Source of the DNA: Amoebophrya sp. A120 | Lineage: Eukaryota > Protista > Dinoflagellata | Direction of reading: 5' to 3' | Length of the DNA stretch: 64,000 bases | Assembly: GCA_905178155.1 (NCBI GenBank) | Contig: CAJINV010000007.1 | Span: 2,027,151 to 2,091,150, forward strand | Part shown: piece by piece, positions 51,901 to 61,900 of the stretch | Numbering within the stretch: position 1 is the stretch's first letter | Layout: each line of letters begins with the position of its first letter | The notes under the pieces: generated by a model | The model's database searches: none | The model's input: the letters and a program-made list of their open reading frames with translations, nothing else | What the model was told of the DNA's origin: nothing | Program-made: the position numbers and the translations under genes

Positions 51901-54688
51901 GGACACGGCGATGTCATGTCTCATGTCTCATGTCCTACAGCCTCAGCCAGAAAGTGTCGCGGATGCCCATGTCTCATGTCATGACTTTCGGGTCCACCAA
52001 GACATGAGACATGGGACATGAGCAGGGCATTTTCCTCTGACCCAGGGCCGGCACGTGTCGGGACATGAAGGCATGGACATCAAATCGGCCGTGTCATGTC
52101 CATGCTCGTGTCCTCATGTCATGACACGGCTCCAAGACATGAGACATGAGACACCAGGCTCACAGCCGCACATGTCTTGCAAAATGCGATCCTTTTCTGA
52201 CGTAATCACGACCTGTCGCTAAAAAATATTAGGTTGATTTTTGATCCTTCGCACATGAAAAACGACGAGACTATCACTTTTCAAATATTTGATAAAATAA
52301 CATCTACATTCATATGAAAAATCATAAATCGCTCGTGTTTCATCCAGATGCTTTAGCTTTAGCTTTACCTTTTTTTACGAGAAGAAGAAAAATTCCAAAA
52401 TACGCACTCCACAGTGGCCGCACGTCCAAACTTTATCGAAAGAAAAAGTGTTTACGTTTACGGTTTATCGTTTTTTGGATTAAAAATTTTCTCGGTGTGC
52501 ATTCGGGGCATTTTTTACAACTTGAAGCTGACCCCTCGACTCTGTTAGCTATTGCGGGACTGCGGAGTAGCTCACTGGGTTGGGTCTAACTAGTGCGCAC
52601 GGTATGGCGAAACGGAATGCTCCTTTTTGGCCTCGAAATGGTGCCAAAGTGATGTTTTTTTCCTCGGATTTCTCCACTACCCAGCAACTAGAGATGACGT
52701 TTACGGTTTTTGGGGGTAGTCTACCCTCAAAAACCGTAAACGTCATCTCTAGACAGCATGCTATGATCCATTTTCCCTCACCCAAACAGGTCCCCCTCCG
52801 GGGTCGATGGTTGCGACACCTTCGGGGGCGGATCTCATCACCAATGCCTGGGGCCCTGGGCCACCGGCCTACGGCCATCATTGCCCGGGAGCCCGGGCAG
52901 GGCTTGGGCAGCTCTTCCAAAGTTTGAAGGGGCGGGCGCAATGTTATGGCGGCGCTGCATAGTTTTCGCATCCCGCGCGTTAGCTGCTTCCCAACAGTTT
53001 TACTACTTCAGAGCCCCGAAAGGGCAAAGGGGATGCCTGCGCGGCTGCAAGAAAAAAAAGATCAAAATTTGTGGCGCTGAGTGGCCGCAAAAAATTTTTT
53101 TTCCAAAAAACTGAAAACCGTAAACGTAAACACTTTTTCTTGTGATAAATTTTCCGTCCACTGCAGAATTGCATTCGCAAACATCTTGTCCGTCACTTTC
53201 ATATCCCGTAACATGATAATCCAGATGCTTTAGCTTTACCTTTACGAGAAAAAGAAAAAATGCAGAATACGCACTCCACAGTGGCCGCACGTCCAAATTT
53301 TGGAAGGGGAGTGGGTCTATTGCTACCTGAGGGGGAAAAAGGTGAAATAATGTGGCGCGATTTTCCCGCCCGCCGTTTATGACGATGAGACACATGCGCG
53401 GCAAGAACTGCGGCGCCTCAAAGTCGGCGCCGGCAATGATCGGGCCAGACGCTCAGAATAAGTAGAAGGGCCGCCCACAGGAGTGTCAAAAAATCAGCGG
53501 CAGGAGGAGGCTGCACGTCCCCGCATGTGAAAGAGTGCGCCTCAGAGAGAGTGCCCATTTCCGTGTATGGGTGTCCGTGGAGAAATCGACGACAGAAAAA
53601 AGGCGCACGACTTAAAAAAATCTGAAAAGGCGGGAGCTGGCAAGACGGCGCAGCTGTTCACTCACTGAACACGCCCTCCAGAAAGCGCGCTCATTTTTTC
53701 ACATGTGGAGAAATAGTCGCCAGAAAGAGAGCGCGCCCATTCGCATCCGGCAAAATAGCTGCCAATAGCGACAGGCCCCACGTCTCGTTTTTCGTGTGAA
53801 AGAATGGCCTCCAGGAACAAGCCCCACTTTTTCACATGTGAAAGAATGGCCGCCAGAAACAAAATCCATTCTTTCACATGTGAAAGAAAGCCCTTGAAGC
53901 GATACCGCTTGGCTGGACCCCCGGGACAGATGCAAGAGCTCCGCACTGGATAGCGCCTGGCCTCCGCCTATTGCTATCCTTCTGCCGCGGTTTCTTTCCT
54001 GCGGGCAGGGCAGCTTTGCGATTGGGCTTGAAGACGTCACCCCGTGAGCGCTGGAGCATTTCAATCTGCTTCGCAGCGTTACCGGGCCCGACTGCCATTT
54101 ACCCGCAAAGCCCTTCCCTATTTCAAATCCTCCACATTATTTCACCTTTTTCCCCGGTGGTTTTGCGATAGACCACTCCGATCCCAACAAATTGTCCGTC
54201 CATCGCAGAATTGCATTCGCCAACATCTTGTCCGTCACTTTCATTTCCCGTAACAGTCTGCCCTTTTCGTGTGGGCCCAACCGTAGTGCGGCGCAATGTT
54301 CTTCAATCGCTTGACGCGTTAGTTCGCGCACGGCTAGGGGGGAAATCTTGGGATCCAACGTCTGCAAAAATTTGTAAACCTGCTGCACGCCGATCTTCCC
54401 GTAAGAACTACTGCCCGAGTCGATGATGTCTATTGCTTTTGTGTTGATATTTTTTACCCCGCTTGTATTCGTCCATTTTGCCGAAGATTGTTTCTCGCCT
54501 TTTCCTTTACCTTTGGAAGAGGAACTCGACGAGCTCGGCTGTTGAGCAAGTTGCTCGCGCAATTTTTGAAAAACCAGAGATAGCTCGCTGGCTGATGGTC
54601 CTTTTCGTTGTCCTTTCGAAGATGACGTGGTCGTCGGCCGTGGCAACGCGCCTGTAGAAGTTGCACCAGAAGACGACGCCGCAGACAT
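48910..54688 (-). CDS. Divergent calmodulin/centrin-like EF-hand protein, putatively split by a 4.6-kb intron
   Basis: N-part ELSLVFQKL..GKIGVQQVYKFLQTLDPKISPLAVRELTRQAIE (54688-54255). C-part EVTSFLHRIGEPISLQEAESLLTTEWNHGPPVTREEFHKLL (to 48910). An in-frame GT-AG join 54254->49639 is possible. The linkage is inferred. Confidence 0.35.
49468..49616. mobile_element. Introner (TATGCAA..AAATTTCC family)
   Basis: tatccgcagtataatttcccgt / acgggaaatttatattgcata. Exact direct repeat cgcag. Shares the 21-mer ttccttcaatcctattcaaca with 17927-18091 in opposite orientation. Confidence 0.85.
49877..51372. mobile_element. 1.5-kb non-autonomous TIR element with (AACG)n/(CGTT)n subterminal arrays
   Basis: Perfect 29-bp TIR tatagttggggctgagtccgttacggttc / gaaccgtaacggactcagccccaactata. 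No clear TSD. No coding capacity. Confidence 0.88.
50332..50872. repeat. Tandem duplication of an approximately 270-bp unit
   Basis: 50332-50600 and 50601-50872 are near-identical (gcggg..ttcggtcgccc..ccggctcgtggcggctcccgttaaa...). Confidence 0.9.
51674..52184. repeat. CATG-based self-complementary satellite/foldback (GAGACATG, GGGACATG and CATGTCTC, CATGTCC blocks)
   Basis: Alternating blocks of 7-8-bp units in both orientations. The boundaries are approximate. Confidence 0.8.
52434..53147. mobile_element. 714-bp TIR element (MITE)
   Basis: tatcgaaagaaaaagtgtttacgtttacggttt / aaaccgtaaacgtaaacactttttcttgtgata. Flanks aactt/aattt. Absent from the paralogous site at 51612-51629. Confidence 0.9.
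52688..52752. repeat. 65-bp near-perfect palindrome
   Basis: ctagagatgacgtttacggtttttgggggtag-t-ctaccctcaaaaaccgtaaacgtcatctctag: 32-bp arms, one mismatch, 1-nt centre. Confidence 0.95.
53300..54187. mobile_element. 888-bp TIR element
   Basis: ttggaaggggagtgggtctattgc..ggggaaaaaggtgaaataatgtgg / ccacattatttcacctttttcccc..gcgatagaccactccgatcccaa. Flanking duplication caaatt. Internal ttcacatgtgaaag repeats. Confidence 0.85.
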
Positions 54689-55640
54689 GATTGCAGATGA
54701 AAAAACAAAGGAGATACAAGTTCGAGCACTTGTAGATAAAGTTGTTTTCGACGTGCCCTTGCTCTCCTGCAAGCCTCGAAGAGGAAACTTCTTCTTTGGG
54801 AAAAATAGTATTGAGCTTTCGTTTCCACTTGATGTTTCTATAGTTTCCGTTGCACGTTTATCACAATGCTTATCAAGAAAGAAAATAAACAAACGCTGTG
54901 CATAGTAGGTAGATGTTCTTCTTCGTACTACGTCGCAACTGCCGACAAGTCGTGGGGACGAGTAGAGACGAGAGAGGAGCTCCAGCTCCTGCACGTACAT
55001 ACTAGTTGCGACCGAGAGAAGACCGAAATAGGCTGACGAGGAACATGCAACAAAAGACAACATCGTGTACAAGAAGAAGAACAACGCTATCGAACAGATT
55101 CAGATTTCCTCTTTTCCAGTACCATGAGGCGCGCCGCTGGTGTGGCATTAAGTGCGACTTTGTTCTGGTCGTGCTGTAAAAATTCACTGAAGTCGCGCCG
55201 CTCCTCAGCACCACTGTGGGCGTGTGTTTTTTTTTCGCGCTTCAACTTGAAGCGTCCGTCCGTCTGCGTCATTCCAGGATGTTCTTGAGGACTGGTCATT
55301 TTTAGTGGAAGTTCTCCTGCAGCGGCGAAAGAAGATGAAACACTCACCTAACCAACTTGAAAGAGTCAGCACTGCAACTGGGACTGCTCGCCCTCCTTGT
55401 CGCAGCTTTTTGGGATTTACTAAGTTCTATTTTGAACTTCGAAATAGCATATCGAAGTGCGGCAAAAATGCTTCAAGAAGAGTCCCCGCAGGACGAGGAG
55501 CATTGGACCTCTTGTTCCTTCAACCTACAGAAGGTAATATCTGATGCAACCTTCGGAAGCCAAGTTAAAGTAAGGAGGTCTTCGTTTATTTGCCTAAAAA
55601 ACAATCTCCTGCACTAGATGCTGGTGCCTGCAGCTTGTTC

Positions 55641-58600
55641 TCAATTTGGCACTGATAGTACTGCAGTTTGCTCGTCAGAGGATGAAGCGGTAGGCGCCGG
55701 GGCAGCTGCTGCTGGTCTCGTCTCTTGTTCCGGACGAAGAGGTGCTGGTGTAGCTGCATCACCAGCCGCGGCGGTGCAACTCGTTGTAGAAGTGTGGGAA
55801 TTATGTTGTCCATTCGCAGTAGTTTATGGAGAGAAAGATGAAGTTTGTCACCGTCACAACATACAAAATTCTTTTTGCCGGTTCGTTCTGCATCACAAAC
55901 TTTTTTGCCATCGCAGCTTTTTCTTGTATCTATTGCAGAAGCGCAAACGCAGAAGGAGTCGTGTTGCACACAGCAGCATGCCTGCCATGCATTTTAGAAA
56001 GTTCATTTTCATGCATAACAGATGAGGATGACGCATTTGTTGTACTTAAATAATTTCGCTCTCCTCCTTGTCCTACCTACCGTTTCCCGATGCGTCAGCA
56101 TGAACCACCCATACACACAGAGGTGGCCGGACCCCAGGGGCGCCGCTTGGAGGCCGCACACTTGCCCCCATGTTTCGTCCGTGGGTGGCACTCAGAGGGG
56201 AGTACCACAGCACCAAATCCCAGCAAAGCCAAAGCAACGCATGACACCCGCAAGGGATGCCGTGCAACCTAATATGCAACCAGTGAGCATGATCAGCGTC
56301 ACATCCAACTATGCATGATCAGCATCTGCAGCGGTGCATCCTAATTTGTTATGCAAAACAGCATGAAAACACAGTGTCGCGCACAGGGCGGGAGGGCGGA
56401 AGAAAAGAACAAACTCAGCACCATCAGGAGCTTAAGGGTCTCTGCACTCCTGGCCCAAGCATCAGCAGCGGGCAGCAAACAACAGCATCATTGGTCAGCT
56501 ACAACTTGCATCGGGAACCAAAGGATACGACGAAATTATTTATCATCACATTCTGTGCTGTGTAAAATGATGCATGCATGATCATGGTACGAAATCCGCA
56601 AAAAAACATGATAACTCACCGTGACGGACTTTTTTTTGTTTGATACAGTTTGTGCTGCTGACTCCTGTACGACTTTAGCAGTAGCTCCGGTGGCCCTTAT
56701 CCCTTGCAAAAACGTCCTCCCGACCCCAGAGTTGTCTCCAGTCGCATCAAACGGATCTGCAAGCCTAGAATGTTTCTCATGCGCAGCCCAGCACGTAGCA
56801 ACGTTTTCAAATCAATGCTCTGAGGGAGTTTGTCATCTTTGTCATGCTACAATCAGGACAAGAGGGTCGATTTGGGTCGTGGTGGTGACGTTTTGCACAT
56901 GATAGTTCCGGGTGGTTGGTTAGTTCCCATTTCCAAGTATCCTGTGCGAAAGTATCGCACTCGTAAGTACTAATACATACAACCAATTGCTGCAGATATG
57001 CTCCTTCCTAAGCCACGACACTGTTGCAATGTCCATTTGCCGAACTTATAGATGCAATTTACTACACAAGTACGATACTTTTGCATTGCATACCAAATCA
57101 GAATCGACAATCATGGTCACTGGGCCGTCATTTTCTAACTGGACTCGCATCATGGCCCCAAGCTATGCATCGCAAATATGTTTGGGTCATCTAGAAGATT
57201 GCAAGACTTGTACTATGTACCAACGCCTCCTGTTGACATGCCGATGTCTCCAAGCTCTGTGCCGCCTGGCGCCGAGCAAATCCAGGTGTTGTCTGTCGTG
57301 CGAAAATGCCGTTTGCCATGCAGATGATGAAATATCGCAATTAATGGATACTAAGCGGACCAAATGAATTTCTCACGGGTCACGCTTGACTGCGTATTGC
57401 ATTGTGATAATAGGCTATAAACTTTTCCAAATTCGAATTCGATCACAGTGACATTTAATCTTCCACCACATTGACATCCAGACATGTTTGCATTGGAATA
57501 CGAACTCGCCCGTCGCAAGTTTCCCCCCGTTCTTGTGCCCCTTTCTCACTTCCTCCACAAAATGGTCATACATCTCTCTCGCCGGCTTCGGGCTCATACT
57601 ACTGTGAAAATCTGGCTTGGGCTTCTTGAACTTTGCGTGCAAAGTGAGCGTATGCACTGCAGATGAAATAGCACCGTCGTCCGTACTGAAAATTGCATCT
57701 ATATTTGCTTTCGTTATGCTTATGATTTACGTTTTGCTCGTTGTCCTTTTCCTATTTAACGAATCATAAATCATTTTTTTCCCAGAGGGAGTATTGCTTG
57801 CATTTTGCAATGCTGATTCAAATCAAATAAAGGAGCCTCATCTATTTCATTCATGCATAAATTGCCATCACTGGTACTACGACGGCAACGACGATACTTT
57901 TATTTTTGCGCAGGATAGAACTGGGACACGATCAGGATGTCGTACTTCGATTCGGTACACGACTGCGCCCACTGCGGCTCGAGCGTTTCCCAGTCGGTAT
58001 TCTCCGGCCCGGCGTTCTATGGAAGGAGCGTCAGATTTGAAATCGACGACGAGAAGCTTGAAATTGTTAAATTCGATTTCATATTTCTTGTATTTTCCGT
58101 CACGCTCAATGAAACGCAAGGCGCAGTATTATAGTGCCTGTCTTGCAGAGCACTCAAGTCAAAAGCCGCTGGTAAGTCTGTTTGGGGTTGGTCTTGGTCC
58201 TAGAGCTGCTACAGTACTAGCACGACAGATGCCGTCTTCCTTGCCCAAACAGCACGAAAGCTTGGATCTCCGTGTTTCCTAGATTCGTCACGCGGCTTCT
58301 AGAAGAAATTGATGGAGGTCCTCACACGACCACAACTGGCATCGATTTTGTGCATCGCGAATTGTTTTGTTTAACTTATTTGTCACCAATTTCAAGTCTG
58401 ACACTCCCATACGTTTTTGGGGAAAAGCTTCATGCGGAGCAGCCGGCGGACGCAAAAATCCAAGTGCTCCTTCGTTATCCTGTGCAAAAGTATCGCACTC
58501 GTATAAATGCAAGTCTTGCATCACAAATCTTGTTCCCAAGGCCAATCAGCATTACAAATTTTATTTCTCATGCTGAGGAAATTTGTAATGCATTTATACG

Positions 58601-58959
58601 AGTACGATACTTTTGCATTTCATATTCGTGTCGGTCTGGCAAATGCCGACGAGGACCAACAGGCCATTTCGGATTTCGCCGGCGACGCCGTATCAATCAA
58701 AAAAGCGCTGTAACGTGGACGGTTTTCTTTTTACAGGTTGCAGTCATGCATGACAAATCGAAATCTTGGACGGTATAATGCATGCTGGTATCTATACAAT
58801 ACAAATTCATGAGCAACTTGCTACTTAATTCTGATCTAAAATTCATGCATTCTTGCGTTAGAAATTCCGTTGGTTAAGAACGTGAAACACTTTTCCCCGT
58901 GATACACCAGTGCTGGTTGTCACCGCGGCAGACCGAACGCGCTGGATTACGAGGCGCAT
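55641..58959 (-). CDS. DTD1: D-aminoacyl-tRNA deacylase, 9 exons, about 244 aa
   Basis: Exons 58959-58905, 58685-58625, 58470-58412, 58012-57918, 57645-57501, 57158-57093, 56932-56905, 56692-56646 and 55819-55641 (735 nt) give [65 protein letters not shown]. The last three exons (low-complexity tail) are less certain. Confidence 0.93.
55825..56645. mobile_element. Enlarged introner (DTD intron 8) with a nested IR element at about 56010-56355
   Basis: tat..aagt..ccgtcac / gtgacggactt..ata. Flanks tagtt/cagtt. Internal IR tgcataacagatgaggatg / catcctaatttgttatgca. Confidence 0.6.
56698..56904. mobile_element. Introner (DTD intron 7)
   Basis: tatcccttgcaaaaacgtc..cgaccc / gggtcg..gacgttttgcacatgata. 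Flanks gccct/gttcc. Confidence 0.8.
56938..57092. mobile_element. Introner (DTD intron 6, AAAGTATCG family)
   Basis: tatcctgtgcgaaagtatcg / cgatacttttgcattgcata. Flanks ccaag/ccaaa. Confidence 0.88.
57164..57500. mobile_element. Introner (DTD intron 5)
   Basis: tatgcatcgcaaatatgtttgg / ccagacatgtttgcattggaata. Flanks caagc/cgaac. Splits GEF|GA. Confidence 0.88.
57651..57917. mobile_element. Introner (DTD intron 4)
   Basis: tatgcactgcagatgaaatagcaccgtcgt / acgacgatacttttatttttgcgcaggata. Flanks gagcg/gaact. Splits SQF|TL. Confidence 0.88.
58018..58411. mobile_element. Introner (DTD intron 3, TATGGGAGYGTCAG family)
   Basis: tatggaaggagcgtcagatttgaaat / atttcaagtctgacactcccata. Flanks cgttc/cgttt. 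Confidence 0.88.
58476..58624. mobile_element. Introner (DTD intron 2, AAAGTATCG family)
   Basis: tatcctgtgcaaaagtatcgcactcgtataaatgca / tgcatttatacgagtacgatacttttgcatttcata. Exact direct repeat ttcgt. Confidence 0.92.
58691..58904. mobile_element. Introner-like intron (DTD intron 1, decayed IR)
   Basis: tatca...tgata ends. Flanks cgccg/cacca. Join gives TTSTGVAGEI. Confidence 0.75.
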
Positions 58960-61900
58960 GGGAGGTGCTCGCGTTCTTTATTTTTTTAACTATGATACAA
59001 CACCTGGTCCTGCTCTTGTTCAAAGTAAGTACTTTCCACGAGTCGTAGAAGCAAGGGTGCTGTTCGCAATGAGAGTAAGGTCTTTGTCTTTGTGTTTGAG
59101 TTTGTGATGTAGTTTCCAAAAAGAAAAAATAGGGTCTGAATTTTGTTGAGGTTGGTCACATGGAGCCGCTTGATGAAAGGCGTTCTTTCATCTCATGTGT
59201 CTAGCGCTACTTCAATAAAAAGGGACAACTTGGTGGAGCTGCTTTGGCTCCCACCTTAGAGTCTGAGTCTATCTAGAACTACTTGATAAGCAGGCCTGCT
59301 GGCGACAGCGACTGAAAGTTTTTAACAAACAGCGCTGCCCTGCTGCGATGCAGCAACAGAAAAAGAAGTGGCACAGAATAGTCCGTGCTGCTGTGATGTA
59401 TAAGTACTCAAAAAATATTCGGGATCATGTTGGAGGAGAAGCAGAACGTCGCGCCATGAACATGATCATCATGAAGGCGGGATCTTCGATAGGTACTTAC
59501 TACTTTTTGCGATCGTCAACAACATTCTCCTATGTTGTTACTTCTGCTAGTACACACAGCACGAACCAACGATCGTTTTTCATTTTCTGATAAAATCAAA
59601 CCCTTTTATCGAAGCATCCACAGCTCCTTCCGCCGTGGTGTTCTTGCAGCTCGGAACGAGATCAAGAAGGGACCTTCAGGCGCAACAACATCCATGATCC
59701 CAGCTTCCATCTTTCGTCATCGGCGAGGACGAACACAGACACACCAAAGGGAACAAATGCAGCTTTGGGCATCTCCTTTGACGCCCTGCAGCTGCACGAC
59801 CTAGAGCTCTACTACTGCTCCGGAGTGATTTTATTTGCTTTTTCTGAAATCTGGAGGGGTACTTCTACGGCTGAGCCAATGTCAAGGTCGGGACGAAACA
59901 CGATAGAGCGAGCGAAAGCCGGGCGAGTATGGGGGGTCGCCCCGGCAGTAGATGACACGTGCAGCACGTTCTTGATGTAAAAAAACGAAAAACATGTTTA
60001 GCAACCCAACCACTACAAAATAGCAAAAATCTGCAGTCACATCATAGCGATTTATTTTTTTCTCCCCGACCCTGCGTCAAGTTTTCGTACAACACGGCGA
60101 GTCGTTCGAAAGATTCGCCGTGCAGCGCCGTTTCTGAACGCAGAGTAGTGACTGAGCAGGTGAGGCCGGTGCTAGACTTAGTTTTTACTTCGTTTTTTAT
60201 CTTGCGCTGCTAGTAAATTAAGATTCTTCAGCAATGCGATCTGGCGTCGTGGGGCTTCCTGGTAAAACCGCGTCTTCTAATCTTCTGCGCAGCTGCGAAA
60301 ATTACTTTCGAAGAGTCGTGCGTCGCAAGCGTCGCACGAGATGATTGTGAGACGCTAGTAGAAAATATCTTATGCTCAAACTTCTACGACTACGTGACTT
60401 ATCGTTATCGGTGCGCGCCATCAATCTATCAACCTATTTCCACCAAAAGACACTGGGTGGTCTGATCTTCATTCGAAATGCGTTTTCTCTGTTTACGTGG
60501 GCCATTGAAGTGGCAGCTCTGGGTCTGGAAACATTGCGCACGTTGAAAAAATAAAAAAAAAAAACTACGTGAGTTTTGTTTACCTGTAATAACTTCGACG
60601 TAGCTAGGTTGTCGGATGCATTTGTCCGTGTCCGTGGCACCAACATGACGTGTCCATCTCTCCGCTATCGATATCAAACGTAAAAAGAAAACCCATAACA
60701 AAAAGAAACAAACATACTTCAGAAAGTAAAGGCTCGGGGTCGTCCCAAAGATCAGGAGATAGGGCAGAAAGTAAAGATTTTTTGGCTGCATAATTCAACA
60801 GTACTCATTGCGCAGCTAGAGATAGAAAAAACACACAGTTTGACCGGTCGCCCTCTTTTTGCTGCTCGAGTCTTCTACCACAAAAGGGGTGGCTCTGCTC
60901 GCTCATCGTGCTTCTCCTTGTGCAAATTTTTGTTCGATCGCAAGTATATTATCAAACCTGCGACTCTCGTCGGATTTAGTAGCGTGTCGATACTACCCAA
61001 ACAGTTGACATTATTTTTCATCCCCAGGAAGAGGAACTGGGTCGCCCTCCGCGGGTCGTGTAGACACCGCAGAGCTGTACAACTCCGTCGGAGGTCGTGG
61101 TCGTGGCGATCTGGTTCAACTTTCAGCAACTCCTTCCCGTGGATAAAAACAGTTCCTGTAGTGAATATCCCGTGTAAAAGCGACGCCCCCGCCCCAGAGT
61201 CAAGAAAGGAAGATGGGGATCTCGCCACACAAATTCACAAGTTTTGGCTTTGGCAGTCACATATGACAAGTAAGTAGTTTCGCTCTGTAATACAAATATT
61301 GCAATGCAGGTTAGCAAGTGCAGCCGCATCACAAAGCCATCCCCATCACTCTGATATCCTGTTTACAGCATTACAAATGCCGAGACACGACTGGAAATAA
61401 ATGCCTCTCATGGAGGAGGGTGCGCATCATAAGTATCATAAGTTTTCCTGTCACTCCAAATCTACGTGAGAAGAACTGACTCTGGGCTGCGGACGATTTT
61501 ACGCAGGATAGCTCTTGCTCCATCGTGATTCTTAGAATCATTCTTCTTCTTGCCGTGCTCCTCGTCCCTGAGCGGAAGTTTGGCGCGTCGGCCTATGAAT
61601 TGCAAAAGTAAGAGCATCGCACTAGTACAATTTGCAATACAAATTGGGTGAGCATTACAAATTGAATTTGTGCGCCGGATTTACCTAAACCTCAAGCCAC
61701 TACTCATCGGTGCAAAAAATTTTAGTACGAGTAGTGGCCCACTAGATTTGTGTATGCAAGTAAAAACTGCAAAAATTAGCACGAGTACGAAGATACTCTT
61801 GCGTTGGGTACTGCAGCTCGATCGAGAGAAGACTTCGCCGTGGAACTGCTACGTCAACCATCTGCTACCCAGCTCGATGTCCTCAAATAGAATACGTAGA

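Larger units (their letters stand above)
51385..54255. repeat. Three direct copies of an approximately 300-bp AT-rich unit, each interrupted or followed by a different insertion
   Basis: Copy 1 at 51385-51672. Copy 2 at 52194-52433 + 53148-53213. Partial copy 3 at 53219-53299 + 54188-54255. Shared blocks atccagatgct, tacgcactccaca.tggccgcacgtc and cattcgc.aacatcttgtccgtcacttt. Confidence 0.88.

Noticed and set aside
49877-52184. Possible CRISPR array or repeat-protein ORFs (NERT/FVRS, MSHV)
   Set aside because: Simple 4-8-bp repeats without a constant repeat plus unique spacer structure. No cas genes, and the context is eukaryotic.
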